Below are positions 27,614 through 36,685 of a DNA stretch of 64,000 nt, piece after piece. Below the pieces are notes generated by a model. The model was not told the DNA's origin. It worked only from the letters and a program-made list of their open reading frames with translations, and searched no databases. Made by a program: the position numbers and the translations under genes. Every line of letters begins with the position of its first letter. Position 1 is the stretch's first letter. Origin of the DNA: Escherichia phage APECc02; sequence record NC_041869.1; one strand, given 5' to 3'.

Positions 27614-30211
27614 ATGCGTATTCAACATAACATTGATAACGTATTTCAGATGATTGAGGGGCACAGGAAGTGCCTCGATAACAACACAGGTATTACCAAC
27701 ACCCCTACACAAAATAAGCTAGTAAACCCTGATGGTCTTATAGCTGCAGGGTGGGCAGGTAATAAGATAAATAATGATTGGGCAATGCATGAGTCCCAAG
27801 CTGTGTTGATTCTGGGATACATTGAAGCATACAGGGCATCGAAAAGCGATTTCTATCTGGATAGGGCAAAAGATGCTTGGGAAGCTTACAATAGCCATCT
27901 TCTGGGTGCATATGCAGTAGAAAGTAAAATGCAAAGATTGTCCCACTACCCTCTATCCACAGATGGGGTTCCATCACATGGTGGGTTTAAAGATGTGGTG
28001 GTGTCTTTTACCAACGGTAGAGGAAAAATCCCAGCTGGATCTCCGACATGGGGGGAATACCTTGACAAGGCATTCCAAGCGTATAACGGTGTGTTAGGAA
28101 GAAACACTGTAGACTCTGATGTTTACGGTGGCACAGATGCTAACCCAGATTGGACAACATCCGGATTAAGTTGGTGGGTTGAGTGGTACATAGCATGGGA
28201 TGGTAACCGCTATTGGGCTAACGGTAGCATAGCCGACAGTGGTCATACGTCTGTAGAGTTCGGCACAATCCAATTACAAGATAAGGGTGTTACAGGAAGC
28301 CACAAGGTAACCTATTGTGTGAGATTACCTCAAGAGCAAGGTGGATCGGTGATACCTGCAGGATCCCCTGTAATTGTAAATCCCATAAACGTGGTTGCAG
28401 ATAATCAGGCCCCAGAGTTGGACGGGGAAGAAATGTGGTGTGACGCTTGTTATCAACTCTACACCTTGACAGGTGAGGAAAAGTATTACACCGCGTTTAA
28501 ACAGTCTTACAACAAATTGCTTAATTTCAGTGATATAAACGCCTACGACAAACTGTTTAGGAAGACCACGTTGATTAAGGCACCGTTTACAGATGGTACT
28601 TGTCTTGTTGCAGGAACAGTTCCTGTCATGAGCAGGGACAGTGACGGGTATATCAATTTTAGAATGAACGCACGCCAGCCTTGCGAAATAATTCAAAAAG
28701 GGACTACATACAAAATAGGCAGAGATGCTGAAATTGTTATGAATTTCGGAGGAGAAGGGGTTCTGTTCCAGCCACATTTCATCCTTAATGATGGCAACAA
28801 TAACAAAAAACAGTACAGGATAGGGGTTCCTTTTGGAGGGGCAGGGGTAACAGAAATAGTTGCCAAGGTTACTGATTTCGTAGAGGTAGTTGGTAAAGAC
28901 GGTAATCCGTATCTCTTACCTAAAGAGGAAAACATTGCCGTAAGCGGTGGTGCTGGTGTTAGTATGCAGTATGATACCGACATCTACAACCACTCTGACA
29001 ACTTCACCCGTTGTAATATAGCAAGAGGTAAAGTAACTTTCAATTTTGGAAGAGAGATTTCTTTAAACTCAGTAACTTATCGATCAGATGATGAGATGGT
29101 AAGGGTCAAATTTCTTGACAAAGATAGGTGGTTATGGTATGCTGATCTATATGCCACTAATGGACAATGGATAACAGAAACTCTTACTCTAGGAGACTTC
29201 AAACTAGATCCGACACAACCTCATCACACCGAAGAAGAGATTAAACCTTTCTTTGCTAATCCTAAGGGGCTCACCTCTGTAGATTTCAGCCTAAGCGACA
29301 GACAGATAGGTAATGGCTTGTTTGATCTATATTGCGTCAACACACTGCCGCAATTTTATATTGCAGATAGGGATGCTTATCTAATCTGGTTTAGCGTATG
29401 GATGGCAAGCAAGACAGAATCAACCGCTAAGGTTGGCGATTGCTATGTCAGAAACTACAAGCAAGGTGCATACAGGCACACACCAGGTGTGTTCCCTGCC
29501 GGAAAGGTGATAGATAAGGAAAACTATCTCTTAGAGGAAAAGCCAAATTGGCCCTACCCTGGCATGCAATACCCAGCAGTATACTGCATGGGTGCAGAAA
29601 ACATAGATCGCCATAGATTGTCAAATACAATAGGCTTTCTGTATGACGCTCAAGTCTGGTATAATAATACATTTAAGACAGAGGGTCCAGTTGCCTCGCG
29701 TTATGTATGGCAGAGAGGTAATGAAGGGCTGACTGGTTGGTGGGAGATGGTAGATAACTCTAAGCTCCAGTCAAGATCTTTTGTTGCTGCGTGCCGCACA
29801 ATCTATGAGCTCAAGAAACATAAAGAACCTGTTGATGAAAGATTATTCCTGTTCTGCCAGAAATGGGCATGGTTCCTCAACAGATTCCAGTCATCTCATT
29901 CAGGAAATCTACCTACAGACTTTAACACCTCTGGGGGATATTCTTATCAGGACAGAGGAGACAGGATGTGGGTGGTAGGTGAATGGCTTGCAGGTTGCTG
30001 CTGGCTAGGTCTGTGCGGGTATTCAGAGACAATACCTCAAATAGATATTGTTGTAGAGGCCTGTGTGAAGCTACTGCAAAAGCACCACTTCATTAATGGG
30101 GATAATGTTTTAAACGGCTGCTGGGCAGTTTCTGATCCGGTTGGCTATCACTCTGGCGAAATCCTTCGCGGTCTGGGCCTTTATGCTCAATACCGTGGAT
30201 TGTACCTTTAA
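27614..30211 (+). CDS. large tail-associated protein, possible glycan-degrading domain
   Basis: 865 aa; no confident motif. Confidence 0.4.
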   Translation: MRIQHNIDNVFQMIEGHRKCLDNNTGITNTPTQNKLVNPDGLIAAGWAGNKINNDWAMHESQAVLILGYIEAYRASKSDFYLDRAKDAWEAYNSHLLGAYAVESKMQRLSHYPLSTDGVPSHGGFKDVVVSFTNGRGKIPAGSPTWGEYLDKAFQAYNGVLGRNTVDSDVYGGTDANPDWTTSGLSWWVEWYIAWDGNRYWANGSIADSGHTSVEFGTIQLQDKGVTGSHKVTYCVRLPQEQGGSVIPAGSPVIVNPINVVADNQAPELDGEEMWCDACYQLYTLTGEEKYYTAFKQSYNKLLNFSDINAYDKLFRKTTLIKAPFTDGTCLVAGTVPVMSRDSDGYINFRMNARQPCEIIQKGTTYKIGRDAEIVMNFGGEGVLFQPHFILNDGNNNKKQYRIGVPFGGAGVTEIVAKVTDFVEVVGKDGNPYLLPKEENIAVSGGAGVSMQYDTDIYNHSDNFTRCNIARGKVTFNFGREISLNSVTYRSDDEMVRVKFLDKDRWLWYADLYATNGQWITETLTLGDFKLDPTQPHHTEEEIKPFFANPKGLTSVDFSLSDRQIGNGLFDLYCVNTLPQFYIADRDAYLIWFSVWMASKTESTAKVGDCYVRNYKQGAYRHTPGVFPAGKVIDKENYLLEEKPNWPYPGMQYPAVYCMGAENIDRHRLSNTIGFLYDAQVWYNNTFKTEGPVASRYVWQRGNEGLTGWWEMVDNSKLQSRSFVAACRTIYELKKHKEPVDERLFLFCQKWAWFLNRFQSSHSGNLPTDFNTSGGYSYQDRGDRMWVVGEWLAGCCWLGLCGYSETIPQIDIVVEACVKLLQKHHFINGDNVLNGCWAVSDPVGYHSGEILRGLGLYAQYRGLYL

Positions 30212-30215
30212 CATA

Positions 30216-30235
30216 GGGGGCTGTTTGCCCCCTTT
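30216..30235 (+). terminator. hairpin GGGGGC-TGTTT-GCCCCC with short T tract
   Basis: Weak T-run. Confidence 0.35.
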
Positions 30236-30246
30236 CAGGAGAAAGA

Positions 30247-33200
30247 ATGGCTGATATTAAAGTTGTCAGAATCGAATCTCTTCCTGCCACTACCGCAGTG
30301 ACAGAGGATGATTACCTGGTTGTTCAACAACCAGACCTGACCCGTCGTGTAAAAATTGGCGATGTTGTCCATGTGGATGGGACTGTTTCTCATGTAATCT
30401 CCTTTAAGGAAGGTGGTAAGTTAAACGGCCCAATGGATTTTGCCTACTTCGAAGAGGAAGACCTCTACCTGCGTTGGAAAGGCGAATTTCCACACACTGT
30501 TCCTGCACTATCTTCACCGTACTCCGATGGTGGGATTACTGACGCTGCATGGATGGTATATACAGATCCGTCCTTAAGGGAGGAGCTGGAATCTACCATT
30601 GGCGCATCTATGATCATGACAGCCGAAGGGCAGTCTGTCCAGGATGTAATGGATGTTACTGTTCAAACAGCTAACGATGCTAAAGCACTTGCACAGCGTG
30701 TGGATTTTGGTACAGTGCACACTGTAGGTGATGTTATTCACCTTGATAACTTTGTAGGTCCTGCAGTTATTGAAGAGGGAAGAACCACCAACTACCCTTC
30801 TGTAGCAGCTGGTGAAAAATTTCTGAACGGTGTGGTATCTCGTCGTGATACTACAACTGTTGATGGTATTTTCCGTGGCGCTACCTCCGGGGCCATGTAT
30901 ACCATTGCAGTAACCAATGGTGTAGCAACAACAAAAAGAATAGCACTTCGTGATGAATTTAAACGCCTGGAGGCAAACAGCCCAACAAGAACAGTTATCC
31001 GTGCTGGAGATGATTTAAACACGGCAGGGTACTTGCAGCTTGATGCAACAGGCCGCTGGGGTATGTGGAACCAACAAACAGCCTCGTGGCAACCTCTTGC
31101 TATAGAGCAAGGCGGTACAGGAGCCAGGGATGCCGCAGGTGCACGTATTAACTTAGGGGCTTTCTATAAGCAACGTGCAGCCCTTGAGCCAAATTTCAAT
31201 ATCAATAACTTGACTGGTAATCAGGATGGTGTATACTACCAGCCGATGACTGCTTATGCAACCGAGGCAAATGGTTACCCTGCAGGTTCTGGTGCTGGTC
31301 ACTTGATTGTTTGGCAGAACAATGCTAACGGCGGTACAGGTTGTCGTCAGGAATACTATCCATTCTCTAACGTAGATGTTTGGTATTTGAGAACCTATCA
31401 AGCCAACACAAACCAGTGGACTGCATGGCAGCCGATGGTCAGACCTCGTAACGATGATACCTTTAGATCGCACATCGGTCTCGGGTCTAGAAATTCCCCT
31501 ACCTTCGGGCACCTTTACCTGTCTCAAAGTTCTGCTGATGTTAAGTCAGCATCAGGTATTGTTAACGGGGACAAATACAGCGCTGACGGTGTCCTTGAGC
31601 ATGGTTATAGGATCTACTCTGAGGTAAGAAACGACAATAAGGCTTGGTTGACAATCCACCTGCACAAAGGTGCAAAAGGATCTGAAACCCATAGATATTT
31701 AGGTTTCCGCGAAGACGGTGTATTAGACTGCCCTAAATACATGCAGGTTGGGGATCTTACTGGTCAGCTGACAAACTGGGGACTTGGAGAGTGGATACGT
31801 AGTTCAGGAGCAGAAAGAGGCTTCTGGGGATCTAAGAAAGCCGCCAAGATGGTTATCTGGGATGGCGGGATGGACGAATCCGGTAACGGCACTCTGGAAT
31901 GGGGTGTTTATAACAACCGGAAGGCCAAGTGGGAACCTCTACCTCAAGCCGCAGGTGGCACCGGGGCTACAACTCTAGTAGATGCTCAGAATCTGTTCAA
32001 AGTTCCTATAGCAGCAGGTGTGAAAGACTTCTTAACACTGCCAAGAACCGCAGGGATGGAAGATGGGAAATACTACCCGATCATCGTTAGAACAGATCCG
32101 TACTATGCTCCAGCAACTGGTACTGATATTACCATAGTTACCAGATCGTCATCTGGAAATGACCCTATGAACTGTGCTACCTTACAGTGTCACTATAGAA
32201 CTGGTGGTTGGACAGACAGAGGAGACTCTTTCTACGGGGTAGTAAATTTCTACCAGAATGAAAAAGCAATTCTTGGGATGGTTGCTCCAACAAGGGGTAA
32301 ACAAGAATATGTTGCTTTCTATGCAGAGGCGCGTGCTTTCCCTGTCAGCATATACGCAAGTAGAAATGTTGTCGAGGTGTTTACCAGGGAGCAAGATTAC
32401 CAGGTTGGCTCTGTAACAGACAATCAGGACGGTGTTAAGTTCGTTGCACCTCTCCAGTCAGCAGATTTGAATCTTGCTGTTCTTGGAGATAATAATACCA
32501 ACACCAGACCTATTGTTGACTTCAAAGGGACTTCAGGGTTCTACACTGGTGGCGGCACACAGTGGCACTATATAGGCACTGCTGAACGCTATGCTGTGAT
32601 GAGCAAAATGAATATGCCAAAAGTCGAGCTATGGGCAGACGGTCTTGACTATTTGTGCTACGGCAGTCCTAGAAAGGCGTTATTCTCTAATGCAGGCTTC
32701 CAGTGTGCATCAGATGGGACAGAGGATCTGACTAACGGTACGTTTACCTCTAAATGCGGTAATGGTGCTGGTCTCAAAGGTCAGGCAGAGTTCAGATCTA
32801 CTCCAGAGGCTGGTCAAGTTATTGTTCGTGATGTTGTAGGTTCTGCTCACAGATTCTACAACTTCAACAAAGATGGCACTTTCTCAGCTCCTGGTGGTTT
32901 TGTATGCCACACAGGTGCAGACTGGAACAACCAGTTCGGGAATAACAACCCTTCTAAAATAATGGCTGGTAACGTCAACGGACCTGAAGGTTCCATGGTT
33001 GTAGCAGGGTTGTCGGTTGGTTTTTCTGGAAACTACGCTTTCCAGATGGCAGGTCGTTTAGACCAGCTGTATACTCGTTCCATAGAGCAGGGAAACCACA
33101 GAGCGTGGAACAAAGTTATTCAGCACCGTGGTCAAGGGTTGGGAACTAATGACCTTAACGACTACAAGGCAGATCGTGAAGGGATTTACCATCAAGAGGC

Positions 33201-34686
33201 AAATGCCAACGCCACAGCGGAAAGAAATTACCCACCAGGACAGCAGATGGCTGGTACGCTGATCGTTCTTAGAAACTCCGCTAACGAAGGAACAGGTTGT
33301 ATCCAGATATATAAAATGTATCTTGGTGGAACATGGGAAAGGTATTACAATAACCTTGGCAGCGGAATGGCTTGGAGTCCTTGGAAGAGAACAAGCTTCC
33401 CAGAAAACACAACTGCTCCAGTTATGCCTGACTTGTGGTTGCCTTTAACCTCTAACCTAAAACCTGCATTGGGTGAAGGTGAGATGGTCTTCTCCAGACC
33501 TTCCACAGCAACCTATTTCACTAAGCGGGGTGTTATGGCTGTTGCACAAGCAAACCAACCACGTTTTGAAAGAGATGGGTTGCTTATCGAGGGGCAAAGG
33601 ACAAACCTCATGCTCAACAGTGAGGACCCAAGCAAGTGGGGTGCACAGCAAGCGATTACTGTCGGTAGCACTGTAACAAATACTAACGGCACAAAAGGCG
33701 CAAGATTTACAGTAAACACCACATCCGGTGTAGAAACAACAGCGTTAAACCTTGCCACTGTTCCAGCCACTAGGGGTGCCGATGTGACAGGTGCTGAGAA
33801 ATTCTGTACTGGGTCTATTATTGCAAGGGGAGGTAAAGCGAACCAGAGATTACGTGTAAGATTCGACATGTATGACGGATCCACCACAGTATTCCAAGGT
33901 GACGCTTATGTTAACCTGTCAACACTTGAAGTTAAAACAACAGGGGATGCAGCTGGGAGAATTAAAGTAAAAGCTGAGAGATGGCAAACAGCCGGACCTG
34001 CTTGGGTAAGGATTGCCGCTACGTTTGAGGCAGCGGCCTCTGACAAGAATATCGGTTGCCAGTTCCAGATTGCCCCGCCGGAGAGTTCTCAACATGCCGT
34101 AGGGGATTGGGTTGACGTTGCAATACCTCAGTTTGAGTTGGGATCTTGTGAGTCCTCGTTTATCCCTACAGGGTCTTCACCTGTAACCAGGGCGGCAGAT
34201 CTTTGTAAATTTCCAATGACGGATAACCTAGCGCCCAGACCGTTCACTATCGCCGCTACGGTTGATGCCAACTGGAGAGGCTGGGGCAAAGCTCCTAACG
34301 CAGCTCCTAGGGTTATTGATACAGAAGGTCATCAATCCGGTGCTGCATTTATCATGGGGTTTGGCTCTGCAACAAATATTGCAGATGATGGTTATCCATA
34401 CTGCGATATTGGTGGGTCAACCAGACGTGTCTATGAGATGGCTAAAGCGCGTAAATTGAAGATTGGGTTCAGGATAAAAGGGGACGGTAAAACATGCTCT
34501 TTTGCTAATGGATTGGTAAGTACGGAAACACAGTCTTCTTGGGAGTTCCTGGCAGGAGGCGCTTTCCTCCGCATTGGTGGTAAAACGGCGACAGGTGAAA
34601 GACACCTATTTGGTCATATTAAGGACATAAGAGTTTGGAACTCTGCGTTGACAGATACTCAACTCATGATGGGGAGTGTTGAATAA
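30247..34686 (+). CDS. tail fibre/tailspike protein (1479 aa)
   Basis: Very long ORF, Gly/Thr/Asn-rich; N-terminal anchor domain shared with 26944 gene. Confidence 0.6.
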   Translation: MADIKVVRIESLPATTAVTEDDYLVVQQPDLTRRVKIGDVVHVDGTVSHVISFKEGGKLNGPMDFAYFEEEDLYLRWKGEFPHTVPALSSPYSDGGITDAAWMVYTDPSLREELESTIGASMIMTAEGQSVQDVMDVTVQTANDAKALAQRVDFGTVHTVGDVIHLDNFVGPAVIEEGRTTNYPSVAAGEKFLNGVVSRRDTTTVDGIFRGATSGAMYTIAVTNGVATTKRIALRDEFKRLEANSPTRTVIRAGDDLNTAGYLQLDATGRWGMWNQQTASWQPLAIEQGGTGARDAAGARINLGAFYKQRAALEPNFNINNLTGNQDGVYYQPMTAYATEANGYPAGSGAGHLIVWQNNANGGTGCRQEYYPFSNVDVWYLRTYQANTNQWTAWQPMVRPRNDDTFRSHIGLGSRNSPTFGHLYLSQSSADVKSASGIVNGDKYSADGVLEHGYRIYSEVRNDNKAWLTIHLHKGAKGSETHRYLGFREDGVLDCPKYMQVGDLTGQLTNWGLGEWIRSSGAERGFWGSKKAAKMVIWDGGMDESGNGTLEWGVYNNRKAKWEPLPQAAGGTGATTLVDAQNLFKVPIAAGVKDFLTLPRTAGMEDGKYYPIIVRTDPYYAPATGTDITIVTRSSSGNDPMNCATLQCHYRTGGWTDRGDSFYGVVNFYQNEKAILGMVAPTRGKQEYVAFYAEARAFPVSIYASRNVVEVFTREQDYQVGSVTDNQDGVKFVAPLQSADLNLAVLGDNNTNTRPIVDFKGTSGFYTGGGTQWHYIGTAERYAVMSKMNMPKVELWADGLDYLCYGSPRKALFSNAGFQCASDGTEDLTNGTFTSKCGNGAGLKGQAEFRSTPEAGQVIVRDVVGSAHRFYNFNKDGTFSAPGGFVCHTGADWNNQFGNNNPSKIMAGNVNGPEGSMVVAGLSVGFSGNYAFQMAGRLDQLYTRSIEQGNHRAWNKVIQHRGQGLGTNDLNDYKADREGIYHQEANANATAERNYPPGQQMAGTLIVLRNSANEGTGCIQIYKMYLGGTWERYYNNLGSGMAWSPWKRTSFPENTTAPVMPDLWLPLTSNLKPALGEGEMVFSRPSTATYFTKRGVMAVAQANQPRFERDGLLIEGQRTNLMLNSEDPSKWGAQQAITVGSTVTNTNGTKGARFTVNTTSGVETTALNLATVPATRGADVTGAEKFCTGSIIARGGKANQRLRVRFDMYDGSTTVFQGDAYVNLSTLEVKTTGDAAGRIKVKAERWQTAGPAWVRIAATFEAAASDKNIGCQFQIAPPESSQHAVGDWVDVAIPQFELGSCESSFIPTGSSPVTRAADLCKFPMTDNLAPRPFTIAATVDANWRGWGKAPNAAPRVIDTEGHQSGAAFIMGFGSATNIADDGYPYCDIGGSTRRVYEMAKARKLKIGFRIKGDGKTCSFANGLVSTETQSSWEFLAGGAFLRIGGKTATGERHLFGHIKDIRVWNSALTDTQLMMGSVE

Positions 34687-35018
34687 TGAATATTTTTACC
34701 CTTGGATTCACTGACAGGGAGGACTTTAACGGTTTCATGGATGAAATCGGCTTTTATGAGAATGAGGTGTTGCAAAACACCCTTCTTGTAGAGGTTGTCG
34801 GGTTCATTTACACAGAGACTGGAGACACTTATGAGGCCGAAGATGAATTTGGCAACATGGTTGTCTACCCGGTTTGCGAGAAAAGTGAATTGTTTTATGT
34901 TAACGTTCTGGCTCTGGACGAGGATGCAGAAAACATCGTCTCTAAAAGCGGAAAAGTTGTAGATCCGATAAGGTTGAACATGTTCGACCCATCAGTATCC
35001 ACCTTGGAAGCACTTTAA
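34686..35018 (+). CDS. hypothetical protein (possible fibre chaperone)
   Basis: 110 aa, overlapping start with fibre stop. Confidence 0.35.
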   Translation: MNIFTLGFTDREDFNGFMDEIGFYENEVLQNTLLVEVVGFIYTETGDTYEAEDEFGNMVVYPVCEKSELFYVNVLALDEDAENIVSKSGKVVDPIRLNMFDPSVSTLEAL

Positions 35019-35025
35019 AGTATTG

Positions 35026-35050
35026 CCCTCGCTTCGGCGGGGGTTTTTTG
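35026..35050 (+). terminator. rho-independent terminator
   Basis: CCCTCGC-TTCG-GCGGGGG then TTTTTTG. Confidence 0.7.
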
Positions 35051-35086
35051 TTTGTATTGCGTATTAACTTAAAATCTGGTAAAATA

Positions 35087-35095
35087 ACTATCATA
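35087..35095 (+). promoter_or_regulatory. extended -10 element TGGTAAAAT
   Basis: Same motif as other late promoters in window; no clear -35. Confidence 0.3.
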
Positions 35096-35116
35096 ATTGT
35101 TTAACCTGGAGGCATA

Positions 35117-35707
35117 ATGTTTTTATGGGAAAGGCCTAGATACCTTCCAGATATTAGATTAGAGTTGCTGGCAGATATTGTCACGTTTAAAAGTCCGTTT
35201 ACAGGTAAAACGCAAAAAGTAACCTATGCCACGCCTAACTGGAAAGGCACTTTGACGGTCTCCAATATCAGCGAGTCACAGTTACTAGAGCTTAAGAGCT
35301 TTGTTGATCAGGTGTATAAAGATGGGAACATCTTTCTTATTAAAACTTACGGTCACTCGGTAACAGCTAACGAGCCAATCGCCCTTGGGCCTACTGGTAA
35401 CGACGATTTTTTGAAGACTGTTGGGTGGGAGCCAAACAGAGACATAGCCAGAGCCGGGGATAAAATATCTGTCAATGATGAATTGAAAGTGGTAACAGCT
35501 CCAGTGCGTAGCGATGGTGTTGGGTCTGCTGTTATAGGCATATCTCCAAGACTTAGAAAACCTATTGCCGCAGGGGACACCATGAAGATAATAACTCAAT
35601 CTCCGAAGGGTAGGTTTCATATCAGAGATATTTATAAAATTAAGCAAAAAGTCGATGCTATGCAAAAAGGTGATAATATAGTTATCAACTTCTTTGAGGA
35701 TTTCTAA
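35117..35707 (+). CDS. tail tip protein (lambda M-like position)
   Basis: 196 aa; first gene of L/K/J-like block. Confidence 0.35.
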   Translation: MFLWERPRYLPDIRLELLADIVTFKSPFTGKTQKVTYATPNWKGTLTVSNISESQLLELKSFVDQVYKDGNIFLIKTYGHSVTANEPIALGPTGNDDFLKTVGWEPNRDIARAGDKISVNDELKVVTAPVRSDGVGSAVIGISPRLRKPIAAGDTMKIITQSPKGRFHIRDIYKIKQKVDAMQKGDNIVINFFEDF

Positions 35708-36260
35708 GATGATCAGAGCGCCATTAGATAATTTATTTCTTGAAAAGCTGGAGCTTGATGGTGTTGAGATCTTAATTGCTGCAAAGCTGGAGCTACCGAC
35801 AGGAACTGTCAGGGTGTGCTCAGGCACTGGTGTTGTAGTAATTGAGGGGCAACATTTTATAGGGATAGGTGGATCAGCAACATTAACCGCTGTGTCTGAG
35901 AAAGATGCCACCAACTTCGGATCTGTGGTAGCGACATTGAACGGGTTTGATCCTAAGTATGTGGGTGATCTGCTAAAGACTGAGTATTCTGGTTGTCGTG
36001 CCACGTTGTACATTACCGCTATGGAGAATGGTCTGCCTGTTACAACTAATGGCTTGTTTGACGGCCTTATAACAGATATGGCTATTCAGACAGGTGAGAA
36101 TAGCGCTTTGTCCATATCCATCTCTTCCATCTTTAACAGTTGGTTAAGAGGTTTTCCTTATCGGTACACGGAGGAAAGCCACAGCTCAAGAAACGATAAT
36201 GACAGATTTTTTAAATATGTGGATCAGGTGGCGAGCCGCCCGATCATTTGGGAGGTTTAA
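35694..36260 (+). CDS. minor tail protein L-like
   Basis: 188 aa; N-terminal pattern LFLEKLELDG...VRVCSGTGVVVIEGQHFIGIG resembles lambda gpL family. Confidence 0.45.
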   Translation: MRISKMIRAPLDNLFLEKLELDGVEILIAAKLELPTGTVRVCSGTGVVVIEGQHFIGIGGSATLTAVSEKDATNFGSVVATLNGFDPKYVGDLLKTEYSGCRATLYITAMENGLPVTTNGLFDGLITDMAIQTGENSALSISISSIFNSWLRGFPYRYTEESHSSRNDNDRFFKYVDQVASRPIIWEV

Positions 36261-36685
36261 TGAGCACACACCCTCGTTTAGTGGATTGGCAAGAAAGATT
36301 GTGGAAAGTGTTTGACGAAGAGGCCACCATACCTTTTGAATGGGGATTCCACGATTGTTGCACCTTTGCAGCTAAGTGTGTTGATGCCCAATACGGAACA
36401 GATTTTCTTTCTAACTTCGAAGGAACGTATAAAACAGAGTTGGAAAGCAAAAGATGGTGCATGCTTCGTTTCAAAACTACACACCTGCCTACTATTTTTG
36501 ATCTCTTTATGACTCGACTGGATACTCCTAAACAGGTTCAGCGTGGCGATATTGTTATTTTCGAAGGTCTGAACGGGCTCACCGCTGGTGTGTTCTGGAA
36601 CAACCAGATTTGGGCGAAAGGTGATAAAGGGGTCTTTATGTTCGACATGAAAGATTCTATCGTTGTTGATGTCTGGAGGTATTAA
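36260..36685 (+). CDS. tail assembly protein K-like (NlpC/P60-like Cys motif)
   Basis: ATG 36260 with GGGAGG RBS; HDCCTF and GDIVIFEG motifs. Confidence 0.45.
   Translation: MSTHPRLVDWQERLWKVFDEEATIPFEWGFHDCCTFAAKCVDAQYGTDFLSNFEGTYKTELESKRWCMLRFKTTHLPTIFDLFMTRLDTPKQVQRGDIVIFEGLNGLTAGVFWNNQIWAKGDKGVFMFDMKDSIVVDVWRY

Noticed and set aside
35285-36013. Long antisense ORFs inside structural genes (for example 35285..36013, 24836..25534, 23514..24206 on minus strand)
   Set aside because: They overlap well-supported plus-strand genes of the late operon, lack start contexts, and are expected by chance in long GC-balanced genes.
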